IMG/VR virus record: IMGVR_UViG_2529293058_000001
Span: 3,835-67,834 of that record
Strand: one strand, 5' to 3'
Source of the DNA: a virus
Taxonomy: Duplodnaviria > Caudoviricetes
DNA: 64,000 bases
In this document: positions 46,605-56,892 of the stretch, in pieces
How positions within the stretch are numbered: position 1 is the stretch's first letter
How the letters are laid out: every line of letters starts with the position of its first letter
The notes under the pieces: model-generated
Told to the model about the DNA's origin: nothing
What the model saw: only the letters and a program-made list of their open reading frames with translations
Database searches by the model: none
Made by a program: the position numbers and the translations under genes

Positions 46605-46952
46605 GTGAATGTAGAATTAACCGATATACTAACAATAATCGGGACGTTAGGAGGATTCGAGGCGATAAAATGGGGGATTAGCTTCTATACGAACCGGAAG
46701 ACAAACGCCCGTATCGAGGACGCTCATGCCGATGTGGAGGAGTTCAAGGCTTTACGTGAGTATAACGAGTTCCTGCAAAAACAGCTATCAGAAAAAGAAG
46801 AACGTTTTGTAGAACAAACCGGAAGGCTTCGACAGGTACAGGATGAGCTTTTTACTTTGAAAGAGAGCTATTCGGATGTCAAGCTTGAACTTGCACTGAA
46901 GAGATGTGAGAGAAAGAAGTGCGGTGATCGTGAACCGCAGAATGGGTATTAA
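46605..46952 (+). CDS. Holin-like protein
   Basis: Single N-terminal TM plus coiled coil, directly before the lysin-like gene. Confidence 0.65.
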   Translation: MNVELTDILTIIGTLGGFEAIKWGISFYTNRKTNARIEDAHADVEEFKALREYNEFLQKQLSEKEERFVEQTGRLRQVQDELFTLKESYSDVKLELALKRCERKKCGDREPQNGY

Positions 46953-46968
46953 TAATAGGAGGATAAAA

Positions 46969-47376
46969 ATGAAAAAGAATAATTTACCCCGGGGATTGCG
47001 CAACAACAACCCAGGGAACATCAGAAGGAACAGCGATGTCTTCCAAGGCGAGAAGACAAGCTCAGACAGGGAGTTTAAACAATTTAAATCGATGGCATAC
47101 GGGTATAGGGCAATCTTTAAGATCCTCTTTAACTATTACCGAAACTATAAGCTGGATACGATCCGTAAGATGATTACCCGTTGGGCGCCACCGAAAGAAA
47201 ACCATACAGAAGCTTATGTAAAGGCCGTATCAGATTATGCCGGAATCCCGGCCGACGATCCGATCAATGTAAATGACCGTGAGCAGATGATCCGTATTGT
47301 GGCTGGGATGAGCAAGGTTGAGAATGGCGTAGATGCCGATATGCCGGATGTGATTAACGGGTGGGAGATGCTGTGA
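46969..47376 (+). CDS. Endolysin-like (lysozyme-fold, structural protein P5-like) protein
   Basis: RGLRNNNPGNIR, YGYRAI, MITRWAP..EN.T..Y and MSKVENG motifs. Confidence 0.8.
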   Translation: MKKNNLPRGLRNNNPGNIRRNSDVFQGEKTSSDREFKQFKSMAYGYRAIFKILFNYYRNYKLDTIRKMITRWAPPKENHTEAYVKAVSDYAGIPADDPINVNDREQMIRIVAGMSKVENGVDADMPDVINGWEML

Positions 47377-47576
47377 TGCTATTTTTGAGCAAAACCCCGG
47401 TTTTTGGGCGATAAATCGGGGTTTTCGCTGCTAAAAATAGCGACAAGTAAGAAAATACAAGAATTGGAGAAAATTATATACAAAAATCGATGAGAATTAT
47501 ATAGTCGAATGTATAGAGCTCTTTGACATGGTGGGATAGTTAGTAGCAAATAATTGTTACATTTGTGATGTAAAAG

Positions 47577-48605
47577 TTGTATGTTATGAAAGAAAATCAA
47601 AGTTTAGGAGAGTTTGTCATTTTCAATACTGAAAATGGAGACGTGAAAGTTCAAATAGATGCTGTAAATGAAACTATTTGGATGCCGCAAAGAGGTATGT
47701 CAGATTTATTTGGGGTTGGCATAGCGGCAATCAATAAACATTTAAACAATATTTACGAAGATGGTGAGTTGGAACGAGAGGCAACTATTTCCAAAATGGA
47801 AATAGTTCAAGTGGAAGGGAGCCGTAGTGTAAAGCGTTTAGTTGATTTTTATAATCTCGATGCAATTATAGCCGTTGGATACCGTGTAAACAGTAAGCGA
47901 GCAACCCAATTCCGTATTTGGTCTACCAAAACGCTTCGCGAATACCTGGTGAAAGGATACATTCTTGACGATAACAGGTTTATTAAAGGCCAATCCTTGA
48001 CTTACTTCAAAGAGTTGCTGGACCGTATCCGTGCGATCCGCATATCGGAAAGATTGTTTTATCAGCAGATTAAAGATATCTATATGCTAAGCATTGACTA
48101 TGATAAGAACGATCAATTAACACTTGATTTTTTCGCATCGGTTCAAAACAAATTGTTATGGGCTGTTAGCGGGAAAACGGCAGCAGAGCTGGTATATTAC
48201 AGATCCAATGCATCATTGCCAATGATGGGTTTAACATCTACAGAAAAAGAAGGTATTGTTAAAGCTTCGGATATCAATATAGGTAAGAACTACCTAACGA
48301 AAGATGAGCTGGACAATTTGAAATTGATCGTAGAACAGTATCTGTCTTTTGCCGAAGCTCAAGCGATTAATCATATACCAATGAGAATGAAAGACTGGGG
48401 TGATAATCTAAATATAATCCTCACAATGAACCGGAAGAGTATTTTGGAAGGTCTTGGTAAGGTTTCAAAAGAGTTGGCGAGAAAAAAAGCTCAAAAAGAG
48501 TATGCTTTATATAAGGAATCCCAAAAGGAACAGGAACATCTGAATAGTATCAAGGAGCTTGATAAAGACTTGAAGGAATTAAAAAAGAAGAACCCTCCTA
48601 AATAA
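47577..48605 (+). CDS. rhuM: RhuM-family protein (moron in the lysis cassette)
   Basis: YNLDAIIAVGYRVNSKRATQFRIW and IRAIRISE..FY motifs; own TACATTTG promoter just upstream. Confidence 0.85.
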   Translation: MYVMKENQSLGEFVIFNTENGDVKVQIDAVNETIWMPQRGMSDLFGVGIAAINKHLNNIYEDGELEREATISKMEIVQVEGSRSVKRLVDFYNLDAIIAVGYRVNSKRATQFRIWSTKTLREYLVKGYILDDNRFIKGQSLTYFKELLDRIRAIRISERLFYQQIKDIYMLSIDYDKNDQLTLDFFASVQNKLLWAVSGKTAAELVYYRSNASLPMMGLTSTEKEGIVKASDINIGKNYLTKDELDNLKLIVEQYLSFAEAQAINHIPMRMKDWGDNLNIILTMNRKSILEGLGKVSKELARKKAQKEYALYKESQKEQEHLNSIKELDKDLKELKKKNPPK

Positions 48606-48725
48606 CATACACTTTTTACATCTATTATTGGAGAGTTAGGCGGCTATCCCATCAATTCATGGTTTAGTCGCCTTTTTCATATCCGGGCGGTATCCAAATA
48701 CGGATATGGTTATGAAATATTAATC

Positions 48726-49190
48726 ATGAAAGCTTGGTATACAATACTGATTTTGATTCTATGCCTTCTCTGTTTTTGGGCTGGCCGATGTACGAAGAAT
48801 GCAGAGTTCGATTTTGTCCAAAAAACCGACACATTTATTCATCGTGACACGATTCGGGATAGCATTCCTTATCCTGTCTATGAGACATTGATACAGACTG
48901 TCCCGGAGCTGTTCCCTGTCTATATTACACTTGAGGGGGATACAGTGAGAGAGCCGATCTTTGTGCCTATCCCTATCACACAGAAAGAATACTTGACGGA
49001 CGATTATCATGCTTGGGTGTCTGGATATAATCCTTCGCTCGATAGTATTGATATATTTCGAAAGACAATGTCTATAGCAAAACGGCAGTCATCCCGTCGC
49101 TGGGGAATAGGCATCATGGCCGGTTATGGGATAGGAAGAAATGGCCTGTCTCCCTATATTGGTATAGGTGGATTTTATCGGATTTGGTGA
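48726..49190 (+). CDS. Spanin-like (Rz) protein, DUF6808-like
   Basis: N-terminal TM, DYHAWVSGY..SLDSI and C-terminal RWGIGIMAGYG...YIGIG. Confidence 0.65.
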   Translation: MKAWYTILILILCLLCFWAGRCTKNAEFDFVQKTDTFIHRDTIRDSIPYPVYETLIQTVPELFPVYITLEGDTVREPIFVPIPITQKEYLTDDYHAWVSGYNPSLDSIDIFRKTMSIAKRQSSRRWGIGIMAGYGIGRNGLSPYIGIGGFYRIW

Positions 49191-49254
49191 AAAGAAAAAT
49201 AGAAATATCTGTCTATTGCGATACAATGATTATATTTGGCAAAAAAATATTCTA

Positions 49255-49541
49255 TGACATTTGAAGAAGCAGTGGAAAAAGTAGAACGTATCAAATCCTA
49301 CACGAAAGGACTTCCTTTTAAAGGTGTATATATTGAACGTTTTTTTATTGGTCCTACGGATTGGGAAGAAATGACGGATTATCTTAATGCCCAGATCCAA
49401 CGGGGTAACGAGATCGCTAGAATAGAGTTCTCAAAAAAGAGTTTTTCAGTATATGGTGTCGCAGAAAATAAATTGTCCGATGGAACTCCTCGTTGGGATA
49501 TGTTGAACTTGGATCGTTGGGAAGAGGAAATTTCGAATTGA
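49255..49541 (+). CDS. Small moron protein
   Basis: TATATTTG promoter at about 49231; MTFEEAVEK start. Confidence 0.55.
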
Positions 49542-49550
49542 ATTTAAATA

Positions 49551-49593
49551 AATGTGTGGGATTGATAACCTAATAATATCAATCCCACACATT
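49551..49593. terminator. Bidirectional terminator between convergent late and early operons
   Basis: Perfect 17-bp inverted repeat AATGTGTGGGATTGATA / TATCAATCCCACACATT. Confidence 0.8.
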
Positions 49594-50156
49594 CAAAATA
49601 ACAGTTTTCCATCCTTCTTATCCATTACCGCATTGAAAACACTTTTATAGGTTTCATATAATTCTTTCCTATTTTCTGGTCCTGGCCAATCTGCAAAAGA
49701 CTCTCCGGCAAAGAATTTCCAAGCAAAAATACGTTTGGCTTTTTCGGATAAGCCTAATTGATCGATTATGTTCCGGACATCCTGCATACGTTCTCGGATG
49801 TATTCGGTACGATCTGGGCTGTCGTCGGGTTCGTCAATGATATTCAGCCGTCGCCAATCTACATTCTCATCTACCGGTATATGTTTGTATTTATGCCGGT
49901 AAGGTGCTGTATCGGATGTGGCATTTAACCTAATCGAACGCATGATATACCAGTCAAGCTCCGTGTAGGCCCCTGATTTTTTCTCCATCATGCGTTCGAT
50001 TTTATCAGACGGATTTTCACATATTCCAGCTAATACCTCATTTAAAACATCTCGTCCTTCACCAGGTAATCCTGATATATTACAGCAGTAATTTGCGAGA
50101 TCCAACCACCTGTCATAACGTTTCTCAATATATTTATTCAATGCCTCACTTGCCAT
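49593..50156 (-). CDS. Sigma-70/ECF-like transcription factor
   Basis: Region 2-like (YDRWLDLA...DVLNEVL) and region 4-like (IIDQLGLSEKAKRIF). Likely start MASEAL at 50156; the ORF extends to 50393. Confidence 0.65.
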   Translation of the reverse strand: MASEALNKYIEKRYDRWLDLANYCCNISGLPGEGRDVLNEVLAGICENPSDKIERMMEKKSGAYTELDWYIMRSIRLNATSDTAPYRHKYKHIPVDENVDWRRLNIIDEPDDSPDRTEYIRERMQDVRNIIDQLGLSEKAKRIFAWKFFAGESFADWPGPENRKELYETYKSVFNAVMDKKDGKLLF

Positions 50157-50395
50157 AGTCGTCTTTATTTGATATATTTGTTGTTGATTATGAGTGGGTG
50201 GCGCTGTGAGGCGCTGCCTTTCTTTATTTAAAATATTTGTACCTTTCTTTTTCGCTAATCGAGTAACAAAATAGAATAGGCATCCTAATGATTTTAGAAT
50301 AATCCATATAATAAGAAACAATTCACCTATACATATTAAGATAATAAAAGGAGCGGTTAGTAATGATGCTATGATTCTTATATCTATTTTCATGC

Positions 50396-52090
50396 TTATT
50401 CCTCCTCTTCGTTCGTATCAAAAAGATTAGCCATCATATCAACAATATTCGTTTGGATATTATCTTCAGCCCCCAATACGGCATTACTGATATGCTTCTT
50501 TTCTTCAATGATCCTGTAGAGTTTCTGGTCAATCGTCCGACGGCCGAGCAGGTAGTAGCAATTCACTGAGTCTTTCTGCCCGATGCGATGGGCACGGCTT
50601 TCTGCCTGATCACAATCTGCATACGTCCAAGGTAGCTCAATAAAGGCGACATCACTGGCTGCTGTGAGCGTAATACCGGCACTGGCCGCTTTAATGGAAC
50701 AGATGATAACGTCCGTCTTCGGGTTCTTTTGAAAGGCATCGACAGAAGCCTGCTTCTCCTGCATATTCTGTCGTCCGGTGACGCAGACGGCGGAAGGAAA
50801 AGCTATCATCAGGCGGTCTACAATTTCATGCAGGTTACAGAACAGGATGATCTTTTTCCCATTCTCCCGAAAGTCCTTCACGAAGTCGATAACCTCTTTC
50901 AGTTTTCCGCGTGCGGTAATATCTTTCAGAATACCGATACGAACCATAACTTCCCCTTTCAGTGACTTTTGAATCTTTTCGTCGTCCGCTTCCTTGTATC
51001 GTTTCAGGTAATCGATCAAGTCGCGTTCCGCATCCATATATTCCTTGCGGTTCGTTATCTCACAGGAAACAATCTGACGCACTTTGTCCGGCAACTGGGT
51101 GAGCACTTTCGATTTTTCCCGACGAAAGAAGCAGTGTTGCCATAGCTTATAATTTAGCTCCTTTAGATTGCTCGCTTGGTTAGGACCTGAACAGTACCGA
51201 AGCATGAAACCTTTCCATCCACCCATATCGATCATGCGATCCATAATACCCAATTGTGCAACCAGATCCTTTGGTTTGTTGACAACAGGTGTCCCAGTCA
51301 GCAAGATGATATATTCTTTCCCAGATGCAATGCCTTTGCAAAACTTGGTCTGCTGGGTGGCCGTTGATTTGACTTTATGCGATTCGTCGATTATCACGGA
51401 CTTGAACAGTTTGATCGTGTTGTGAAATTCGACATCTTTCAATGTCCATTTCTCTGCTTTCGTGATCCGTCGGACAAAGTATTTTCGTAGGCTTTCGTAG
51501 TTTACGATAAAAACCTGGTTCATACCTGTCTGCCAGAAGAAAGGCCAGCTATCGCGGACGGAATCGGTTAATACCATCGCTTTCTTGTCTGTAAACTTAT
51601 GCCATTCCCTTTGCCAATTGATCTTGACAACATTCGGGCAGATTACCAGGCAGGGGAAGGCGTCGGCCTTGTTGATAGTGGCGATACTCTCTAATGATTT
51701 GCCCAAGCCCATATCGTCCCCATTGATAAACCGTTTCAGTTGTAAGCCTCGTGCGATTCCTTGCAGTTGGTAGGGGTAAGGCTGTATTTTCAATCCATGA
51801 TCTCCGTCCAGTTCCGGCATTTCCGGTATTTGGAATGCAACATCTTCCTCTGTCTGTGATTGGGCAACCGTTCCCCACTGTACCGGTTCGAAATGGCGGA
51901 CATAATAAGTCAATTGATCCAATTCTGCTTTGCATTTGTTGGTTGCCGGAATTAGCCATGCGCCCGTTTGTTTGTCCCACCAGCGGATGGAAACAGAGCT
52001 TTTCAGCTTGTCTACAACCTGCTGGTGGTATCTGTCAAACTTCACCGCATAACATTGTCCTTTCTCTGTATTTTGCAGTGTAATTGTCAT
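50396..52090 (-). CDS. SNF2-family helicase with HARP-like N-terminus
   Basis: PYPYQLQG, GDDMGLGKS, IIDESH, LTGTPVVN and QAESRAHRIGQ motifs. Confidence 0.92.
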   Translation of the reverse strand: MTITLQNTEKGQCYAVKFDRYHQQVVDKLKSSVSIRWWDKQTGAWLIPATNKCKAELDQLTYYVRHFEPVQWGTVAQSQTEEDVAFQIPEMPELDGDHGLKIQPYPYQLQGIARGLQLKRFINGDDMGLGKSLESIATINKADAFPCLVICPNVVKINWQREWHKFTDKKAMVLTDSVRDSWPFFWQTGMNQVFIVNYESLRKYFVRRITKAEKWTLKDVEFHNTIKLFKSVIIDESHKVKSTATQQTKFCKGIASGKEYIILLTGTPVVNKPKDLVAQLGIMDRMIDMGGWKGFMLRYCSGPNQASNLKELNYKLWQHCFFRREKSKVLTQLPDKVRQIVSCEITNRKEYMDAERDLIDYLKRYKEADDEKIQKSLKGEVMVRIGILKDITARGKLKEVIDFVKDFRENGKKIILFCNLHEIVDRLMIAFPSAVCVTGRQNMQEKQASVDAFQKNPKTDVIICSIKAASAGITLTAASDVAFIELPWTYADCDQAESRAHRIGQKDSVNCYYLLGRRTIDQKLYRIIEEKKHISNAVLGAEDNIQTNIVDMMANLFDTNEEEE

Positions 52091-52101
52091 AGTGGTAGGT
52101 G

Positions 52102-52752
52102 TTATGCAAATTCGTCAAACGCTTTTATATCTTCGGCGACTTCCTCCATTTCTGCTTTTTTCTTACGGCCGCGTTTCTTCGGCTTCGGCTCTGCTTCTCC
52201 GGTAATGTCGGATTCTTCAGGAACATCGAAATCGAACGATTCTTGTTTGATTCCATATTTTCCACCGAACAGATAAGCATCCACTTCGTAGTCAAGTCGG
52301 TTGATCGTCTGTTTTAAAGCATCCCCATACGGATATCCCTCGCCGGATTCGTCTTCGAATTTTGTAAACGGGACGGAAAGGTTAAGGACTTGTCCGCTTT
52401 TCAATAGCTTTTGTGCCTGGATAGAAACACCGGCCGATTCGTCTGATCCACCTTTGCTATACCCCGTGACAACGATATTTTTCAGTTTCTCATTCAGATC
52501 ATCATCCGAAGGATTTTCGATATTTACAACTCCGGCTTCTTGCATTTCGCAAATCTTGACGGCATGAGTCTTTAACAAACTCATGGCATATAACAGGTCC
52601 GGATGAACGAATTGCTGGGATGATTTGGTTACTTCGTTCTTGTAGTTTGCTTCTACAAATCGCTCTGTATAATCTGCCGTTACCTGGTTGTTCTTGAGCT
52701 TAACTTTTTGAATTTCATACACAGGTTGTTCTTTTACTAATTCATCTTCCAT
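52102..52752 (-). CDS. Hypothetical protein
   Basis: 216-aa ORF in the early operon. Confidence 0.7.
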   Translation of the reverse strand: MEDELVKEQPVYEIQKVKLKNNQVTADYTERFVEANYKNEVTKSSQQFVHPDLLYAMSLLKTHAVKICEMQEAGVVNIENPSDDDLNEKLKNIVVTGYSKGGSDESAGVSIQAQKLLKSGQVLNLSVPFTKFEDESGEGYPYGDALKQTINRLDYEVDAYLFGGKYGIKQESFDFDVPEESDITGEAEPKPKKRGRKKKAEMEEVAEDIKAFDEFA

Positions 52753-52757
52753 ACTTT

Positions 52758-53177
52758 TTAAAATTTAGGATTGTTATAACTTTGGGGCGCTAAGGCCATT
52801 TCTGCTTTTGCTTTACTGATTACAGTGCGACACCATTCCAGTTGATGAGTCGCGGTCCGGTTCAAACGCTCACACCAATCGACAAGATATTGTTCATCTT
52901 TGCACAGACTGTCAATGATAGCATTTACTGCCTTGGAGGTAGCCCCGGCACGTGAGGCTGTTTCCCGTAACGTATCGAAGACTTCCGATTTCTTTTTCCC
53001 GTTCAGATGGTATTTGGCATCTGCTAACAGTTTCCCGGTCCGGGCGATATAGACGGCAAGGTCGTTTCCACGTAGGACAGCTTCTTGGACTTCTTCACTC
53101 ATGGTAATATTCAGATAGGAATCAATAGCTGCCAACTCGTTGGATATTTTATCTATGGGTGTGATGTTTAAATTCAT
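52758..53177 (-). CDS. Hypothetical helical protein
   Basis: 139-aa ORF in the early operon. Confidence 0.7.
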   Translation of the reverse strand: MNLNITPIDKISNELAAIDSYLNITMSEEVQEAVLRGNDLAVYIARTGKLLADAKYHLNGKKKSEVFDTLRETASRAGATSKAVNAIIDSLCKDEQYLVDWCERLNRTATHQLEWCRTVISKAKAEMALAPQSYNNPKF

Positions 53178-53230
53178 GTCTGTTTGTCTTTAAAATATAT
53201 CTTCCGAAAAAAAGGATATCCTATTTATTT

Positions 53231-53881
53231 TCAACCGAACAGCATCCACCACCGGAAGGCAAGTTCTTCGTATTTTTCTTTACCTTTCTGGTAAATCGTA
53301 TCGCCTCGTTTAATGAATGCTTTGAACACTTTTTGATTTTTCTTGGAGATACCATAGATGAAATCCTGCCGACTGCCTGCGATATCCATATACCAGGCGC
53401 GGGAACGGTCCCAATCGAAAAAGTCAATAGCTTCATCGAATTGTTTTTGTGTGCTGGCAAAAGTGCTTTTCAGGTCTCCCCCAAATCCGTAGGTCGGAAG
53501 CCACCAGTCCCATTTGCACCGGGTATCGAGCGTGTATTTGAAGTTGCCATATTGGAAACATTGGTTCTTATTGACCATGAATCGTTGAGTTTCCGCCTTA
53601 GCAAGCACTTGGGCCAGGAAAGGATCGTGTCGGGCTTCCATGCGGAGGGACTTCTTCATGGCTTCTGCCAGTTCCCAATCCTCGCCGGAATACAATATAT
53701 CGTCCACCATGCGTTTGTCATACCTGACCCTTTCCGGTTCGGTAATCATCGCATCGATTAGGCTGCCGAATTTGAAGGCTTTCTCCTTATCCCCGTACCC
53801 AATACGGGGATAGAGGAGGTTCTTTAGTTCCGTAAGGTCCGAGTTGCTAACCTCCGACCGTTGGTAATACATATCTTGCAT
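53231..53881 (-). CDS. PD-(D/E)XK exonuclease (DUF3799/RecE-like)
   Basis: VSNSDL, RCKWDW...GDLKST and FDWDRSRAWY motifs; near RecT. Confidence 0.8.
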   Translation of the reverse strand: MQDMYYQRSEVSNSDLTELKNLLYPRIGYGDKEKAFKFGSLIDAMITEPERVRYDKRMVDDILYSGEDWELAEAMKKSLRMEARHDPFLAQVLAKAETQRFMVNKNQCFQYGNFKYTLDTRCKWDWWLPTYGFGGDLKSTFASTQKQFDEAIDFFDWDRSRAWYMDIAGSRQDFIYGISKKNQKVFKAFIKRGDTIYQKGKEKYEELAFRWWMLFG

Positions 53882-54065
53882 CTTCTTCCTTGAGTTTTAG
53901 ATATTCAATGACTGCAAAGTCAAATTCGAAATTGTAGGTGTTATCCATCAGCCACCGGAACCATTTGCGGCCCTCTTCCGTATCGAGAATCTTTTTCAGA
54001 ATACTTGGCTCGCGTCTGTATTTTCCGAAGTTTATCCATGAGGACAGATAGAGTTTCTTTTTCAT
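53847..54065 (-). CDS. Small hypothetical protein
   Basis: FGKY motif (DUF3820-like); in operon. Confidence 0.55.
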   Translation of the reverse strand: MKKKLYLSSWINFGKYRREPSILKKILDTEEGRKWFRWLMDNTYNFEFDFAVIEYLKLKEEDARYVLPTVGG

Positions 54066-54066
54066 A

Positions 54067-55284
54067 TCATTTGGCTGTTACATCATCGATATACTTTACA
54101 TATGCGGATTGGATTTGCTCTCCGTCCTTATTCACAACTTTCTCGCAGTAGGTAATCATCTTCTTATGTACCTTCTCTAGATCCTCCATGCTCATATTGA
54201 TTCCTTCGCGCATGAACCACATCTGATATACCTGCATGAATCCTTGTGGATTGGTTATCTGGATCTTCTTCTTGACCTTGGCTTTCGTTGGAGTAGGGGA
54301 CATGCTGGCTGCTGAGAAATCAAATGCTGCCTGTACTTCGGCAGCAGACTTTTCAGCAGCCGCTTTGGCCTTAGCCTCTTCTTCCCGGCGTTTGCGTTCT
54401 TCTTCCTGCTTTTTTCTTTCTTCCGCTTCCTGTTGTTTTCGCTCTTCTTCCATACGGGCAGCTTCAACCGCATTGGTACGGCGTAGCTCTTCCTGTTCTT
54501 CCAGTTGTTTGCGGAGGCTGGGGAGTTTGTCGATCAAATCCTGCTTTGTACCCTCTATTTCAAAACGGTAACGTTCTGTAAAATCTTTCTTCTTTTGTAT
54601 AGCGACTTCATTTTTTATTGCCTTACGGGTTTCTGCGTCCATATAGAAGGTTTGTTTGTTGTCAGAAACGTTTTCAACAAAAGCACTCCAGGAGAAATTT
54701 ATACTTGTTTCGGATATTCGTCGGCATACATCGTTGTAGGTAGCGAGAGTAGCGCGGTTGAACATGCTGTTTAGTGCATTGATATGCTTTTCAACGTATG
54801 CGGCATACGCTGTATCCAACATGACAGAGATATCCGATCGATATTGAGCCTTTTCGTTCTCCAACATCTGTTTACGGCGGGCTTCCTCTTCCCGTCGTTT
54901 TTGTTCGGCAATCTTCTTGGCCGCGTATTTGTTACGGGCCTGTTGGAGCTTATAAGGAATAGTGGTGACCGATTTGACGTCGATAGCCGATTCCAAAGAG
55001 GTAAAAGACTTGCTGACCGTAGCCAGAAGTTGCGTCAATGGTTTACGACGCTTGTTCATGTTTTCTATTGTTATTTTCGTCTTTGCCAAATACTCTGAGA
55101 CCTTCGCATCCAGTTCATCCGAGCTAATACCTCCTTCCGCTTCAATGGTGTCCAGAAGTGTTTGTCCGGCTTGGTTACATGTCGATACGGAAGTTTGGTT
55201 GCGTTGCAAGGTGGCAGGAGCCGATTGCATGATCTGATTGAATTCTTCCACTTTAATAAGAGAATTGTTAGCTTGTGTATCCAT
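54067..55284 (-). CDS. Coiled-coil protein
   Basis: 405 aa, E/K/R-rich; between RecT and the exonuclease. Confidence 0.7.
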   Translation of the reverse strand: MDTQANNSLIKVEEFNQIMQSAPATLQRNQTSVSTCNQAGQTLLDTIEAEGGISSDELDAKVSEYLAKTKITIENMNKRRKPLTQLLATVSKSFTSLESAIDVKSVTTIPYKLQQARNKYAAKKIAEQKRREEEARRKQMLENEKAQYRSDISVMLDTAYAAYVEKHINALNSMFNRATLATYNDVCRRISETSINFSWSAFVENVSDNKQTFYMDAETRKAIKNEVAIQKKKDFTERYRFEIEGTKQDLIDKLPSLRKQLEEQEELRRTNAVEAARMEEERKQQEAEERKKQEEERKRREEEAKAKAAAEKSAAEVQAAFDFSAASMSPTPTKAKVKKKIQITNPQGFMQVYQMWFMREGINMSMEDLEKVHKKMITYCEKVVNKDGEQIQSAYVKYIDDVTAK

Positions 55285-55317
55285 TGTGATAAATTTTTAA
55301 GTGATTGATCGAGTTTA

Positions 55318-56319
55318 TTAAAATCCGGCGTCTTCATCTTCCTGTGATATTGGGGTTGTTATACCTGATGCGGGTACCGGTTCCGCTTGTGGTTGCTCTC
55401 CGAATTCCTGTAAAGGGTTTTCCGATTGAGGTTGGAGGACTTGTGGCTGCTGTCCGGGTTGATTGGGCTGAATAACGGTTGTTTGTTCTAATCCGTAGTC
55501 AATATCCTGCGGTTCTTCTTGAGTTTCGAATACAGTAAACTTTCCGGTCCGGACTTTGGGATATCCGTCGAATGCGTGTTTAATCAGTTTGCTTTCCAAG
55601 AACCCAGGATCGATACCGCCTTCGTTTGAAGTATAGAGGGCATTCGCCTTACCTTCTTTTTGACGGGTTTGCGGATTCCAACGTTGGTTGTTTTTGTAGC
55701 TGTACGCCTCTAAGCGTTTGATATCACCCTCCATCATCCAATGCCAGTCTACAGTCCCATCGGCGCGGACAATACGGATAAAACCACCGATCACCTTATT
55801 TGATTTGCGGGGACAGGCCGCCTGATAGGTAACGGTCTTTACTCCGTCAACCAATCCCGGTGAGAATGTATCACCTTCATAGCAAACAACCGGATTATCT
55901 ACATACCGGACCTGTCCGGCACGCTGGCGCATAACCAATTCCCCATAACCGGTGATGGAAAGGTAAGCACGCAGTTCATAGATGTCGTTGCCATTGTTGT
56001 CCTTATAGCCGGTCTTCGTGCTGCGGGGAAGAATATAGCAGTGGGGGCGTCCTGTGGGATCAAGAGACAGGCCGTTTACGGCAATATCTAAGAAACAGCC
56101 GTACAGGGACAGTGGAGAACATCTTTGCAGTTCCGGCTTGTCTTGTAAGATTTTCCGGAAGTTGAATTTTTCCTTTTCATAAATCTGTGTTCCTTGGCCG
56201 GTTCCCCAGATCGCATTGTACATGAGTATGAACTTCTGTTCAACCCGGCTATCATCCGCTATCATGAGCGGATTTAGCTGATTTAGTTCAGCTACTTTAA
56301 TTTGAATTTGATTTGACAT
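55318..56319 (-). CDS. recT: RecT-family single-strand annealing protein
   Basis: LQRCSPLSLYGCFLDIAVNGLSLDP...CYILP and AYLSITGYGEL motifs. Confidence 0.85.
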   Translation of the reverse strand: MSNQIQIKVAELNQLNPLMIADDSRVEQKFILMYNAIWGTGQGTQIYEKEKFNFRKILQDKPELQRCSPLSLYGCFLDIAVNGLSLDPTGRPHCYILPRSTKTGYKDNNGNDIYELRAYLSITGYGELVMRQRAGQVRYVDNPVVCYEGDTFSPGLVDGVKTVTYQAACPRKSNKVIGGFIRIVRADGTVDWHWMMEGDIKRLEAYSYKNNQRWNPQTRQKEGKANALYTSNEGGIDPGFLESKLIKHAFDGYPKVRTGKFTVFETQEEPQDIDYGLEQTTVIQPNQPGQQPQVLQPQSENPLQEFGEQPQAEPVPASGITTPISQEDEDAGF

Positions 56320-56341
56320 GATTCTATTGTTTAAAAATTAA

Positions 56342-56512
56342 TTACCAATGTTTCTTTATCGTGTAAACCATTGCCACGCAACCAGATGCCGTAACTATAT
56401 GCTGGAAATACCCCAAGCAAATAGCGATAATACCAAGTATGGCAAGCGTTCCAAACAGGATGTAAAATCCCCACCTCGCTACTTGAGCGAGTTTCCAGTA
56501 ATTTGTTTTCAT
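56342..56512 (-). CDS. 56-aa membrane peptide
   Basis: MKTNYWKLAQVARWGFYILFGTLAILGIIAICLGYFQH...; a different frame from the track ORF 56331-56519. Confidence 0.55.
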   Translation of the reverse strand: MKTNYWKLAQVARWGFYILFGTLAILGIIAICLGYFQHIVTASGCVAMVYTIKKHW

Positions 56513-56550
56513 ACATCAATGATTAATTGGCAAAAGCCGTTTACTTGTCT

Positions 56551-56617
56551 TTGAAATAGCGAGTTGGATTTATATTGTAAACATCCTCCGATAACCCTTT
56601 ACCTGGAGTGCCTTGCC
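56551..56617 (-). ncRNA. Intergenic segment of the early transcript complementary to the replication-operon leader
   Basis: 56551-71 is identical to 4675-95 (21/21); 56576-617 is similar to 4752-92. Confidence 0.6.
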
Positions 56618-56632
56618 GTGTTAATAATTCAT

Positions 56633-56890
56633 TTAGTAATCGTATGGATTCAGGGCGCATTTATACAAGTCTTCCAACCTGTATTCGATTTTGCCCGGCC
56701 GTTTGTAACGCTGTAAAGTACCTTCCGAGACCCATCGCTCCACATTCTTCCGTCCAAAGCGGATACGTGCTTCCTTTTGTCCGATAAACTCTCTGGTTCC
56801 GGCTTGTATCTTGGTGATTTGCCAAGCGAGGTATTCAAGTTCGATTTTCCGAAAAGAAGGAATGTTTGGATAGGTTGTGTCGGTCTGCAT
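56633..56890 (-). CDS. Excisionase-like winged-HTH protein
   Basis: FGRKNVERWVSEG.LQRYKRPGKIEY motif. Confidence 0.55.
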   Translation of the reverse strand: MQTDTTYPNIPSFRKIELEYLAWQITKIQAGTREFIGQKEARIRFGRKNVERWVSEGTLQRYKRPGKIEYRLEDLYKCALNPYDY

Positions 56891-56892
56891 GA

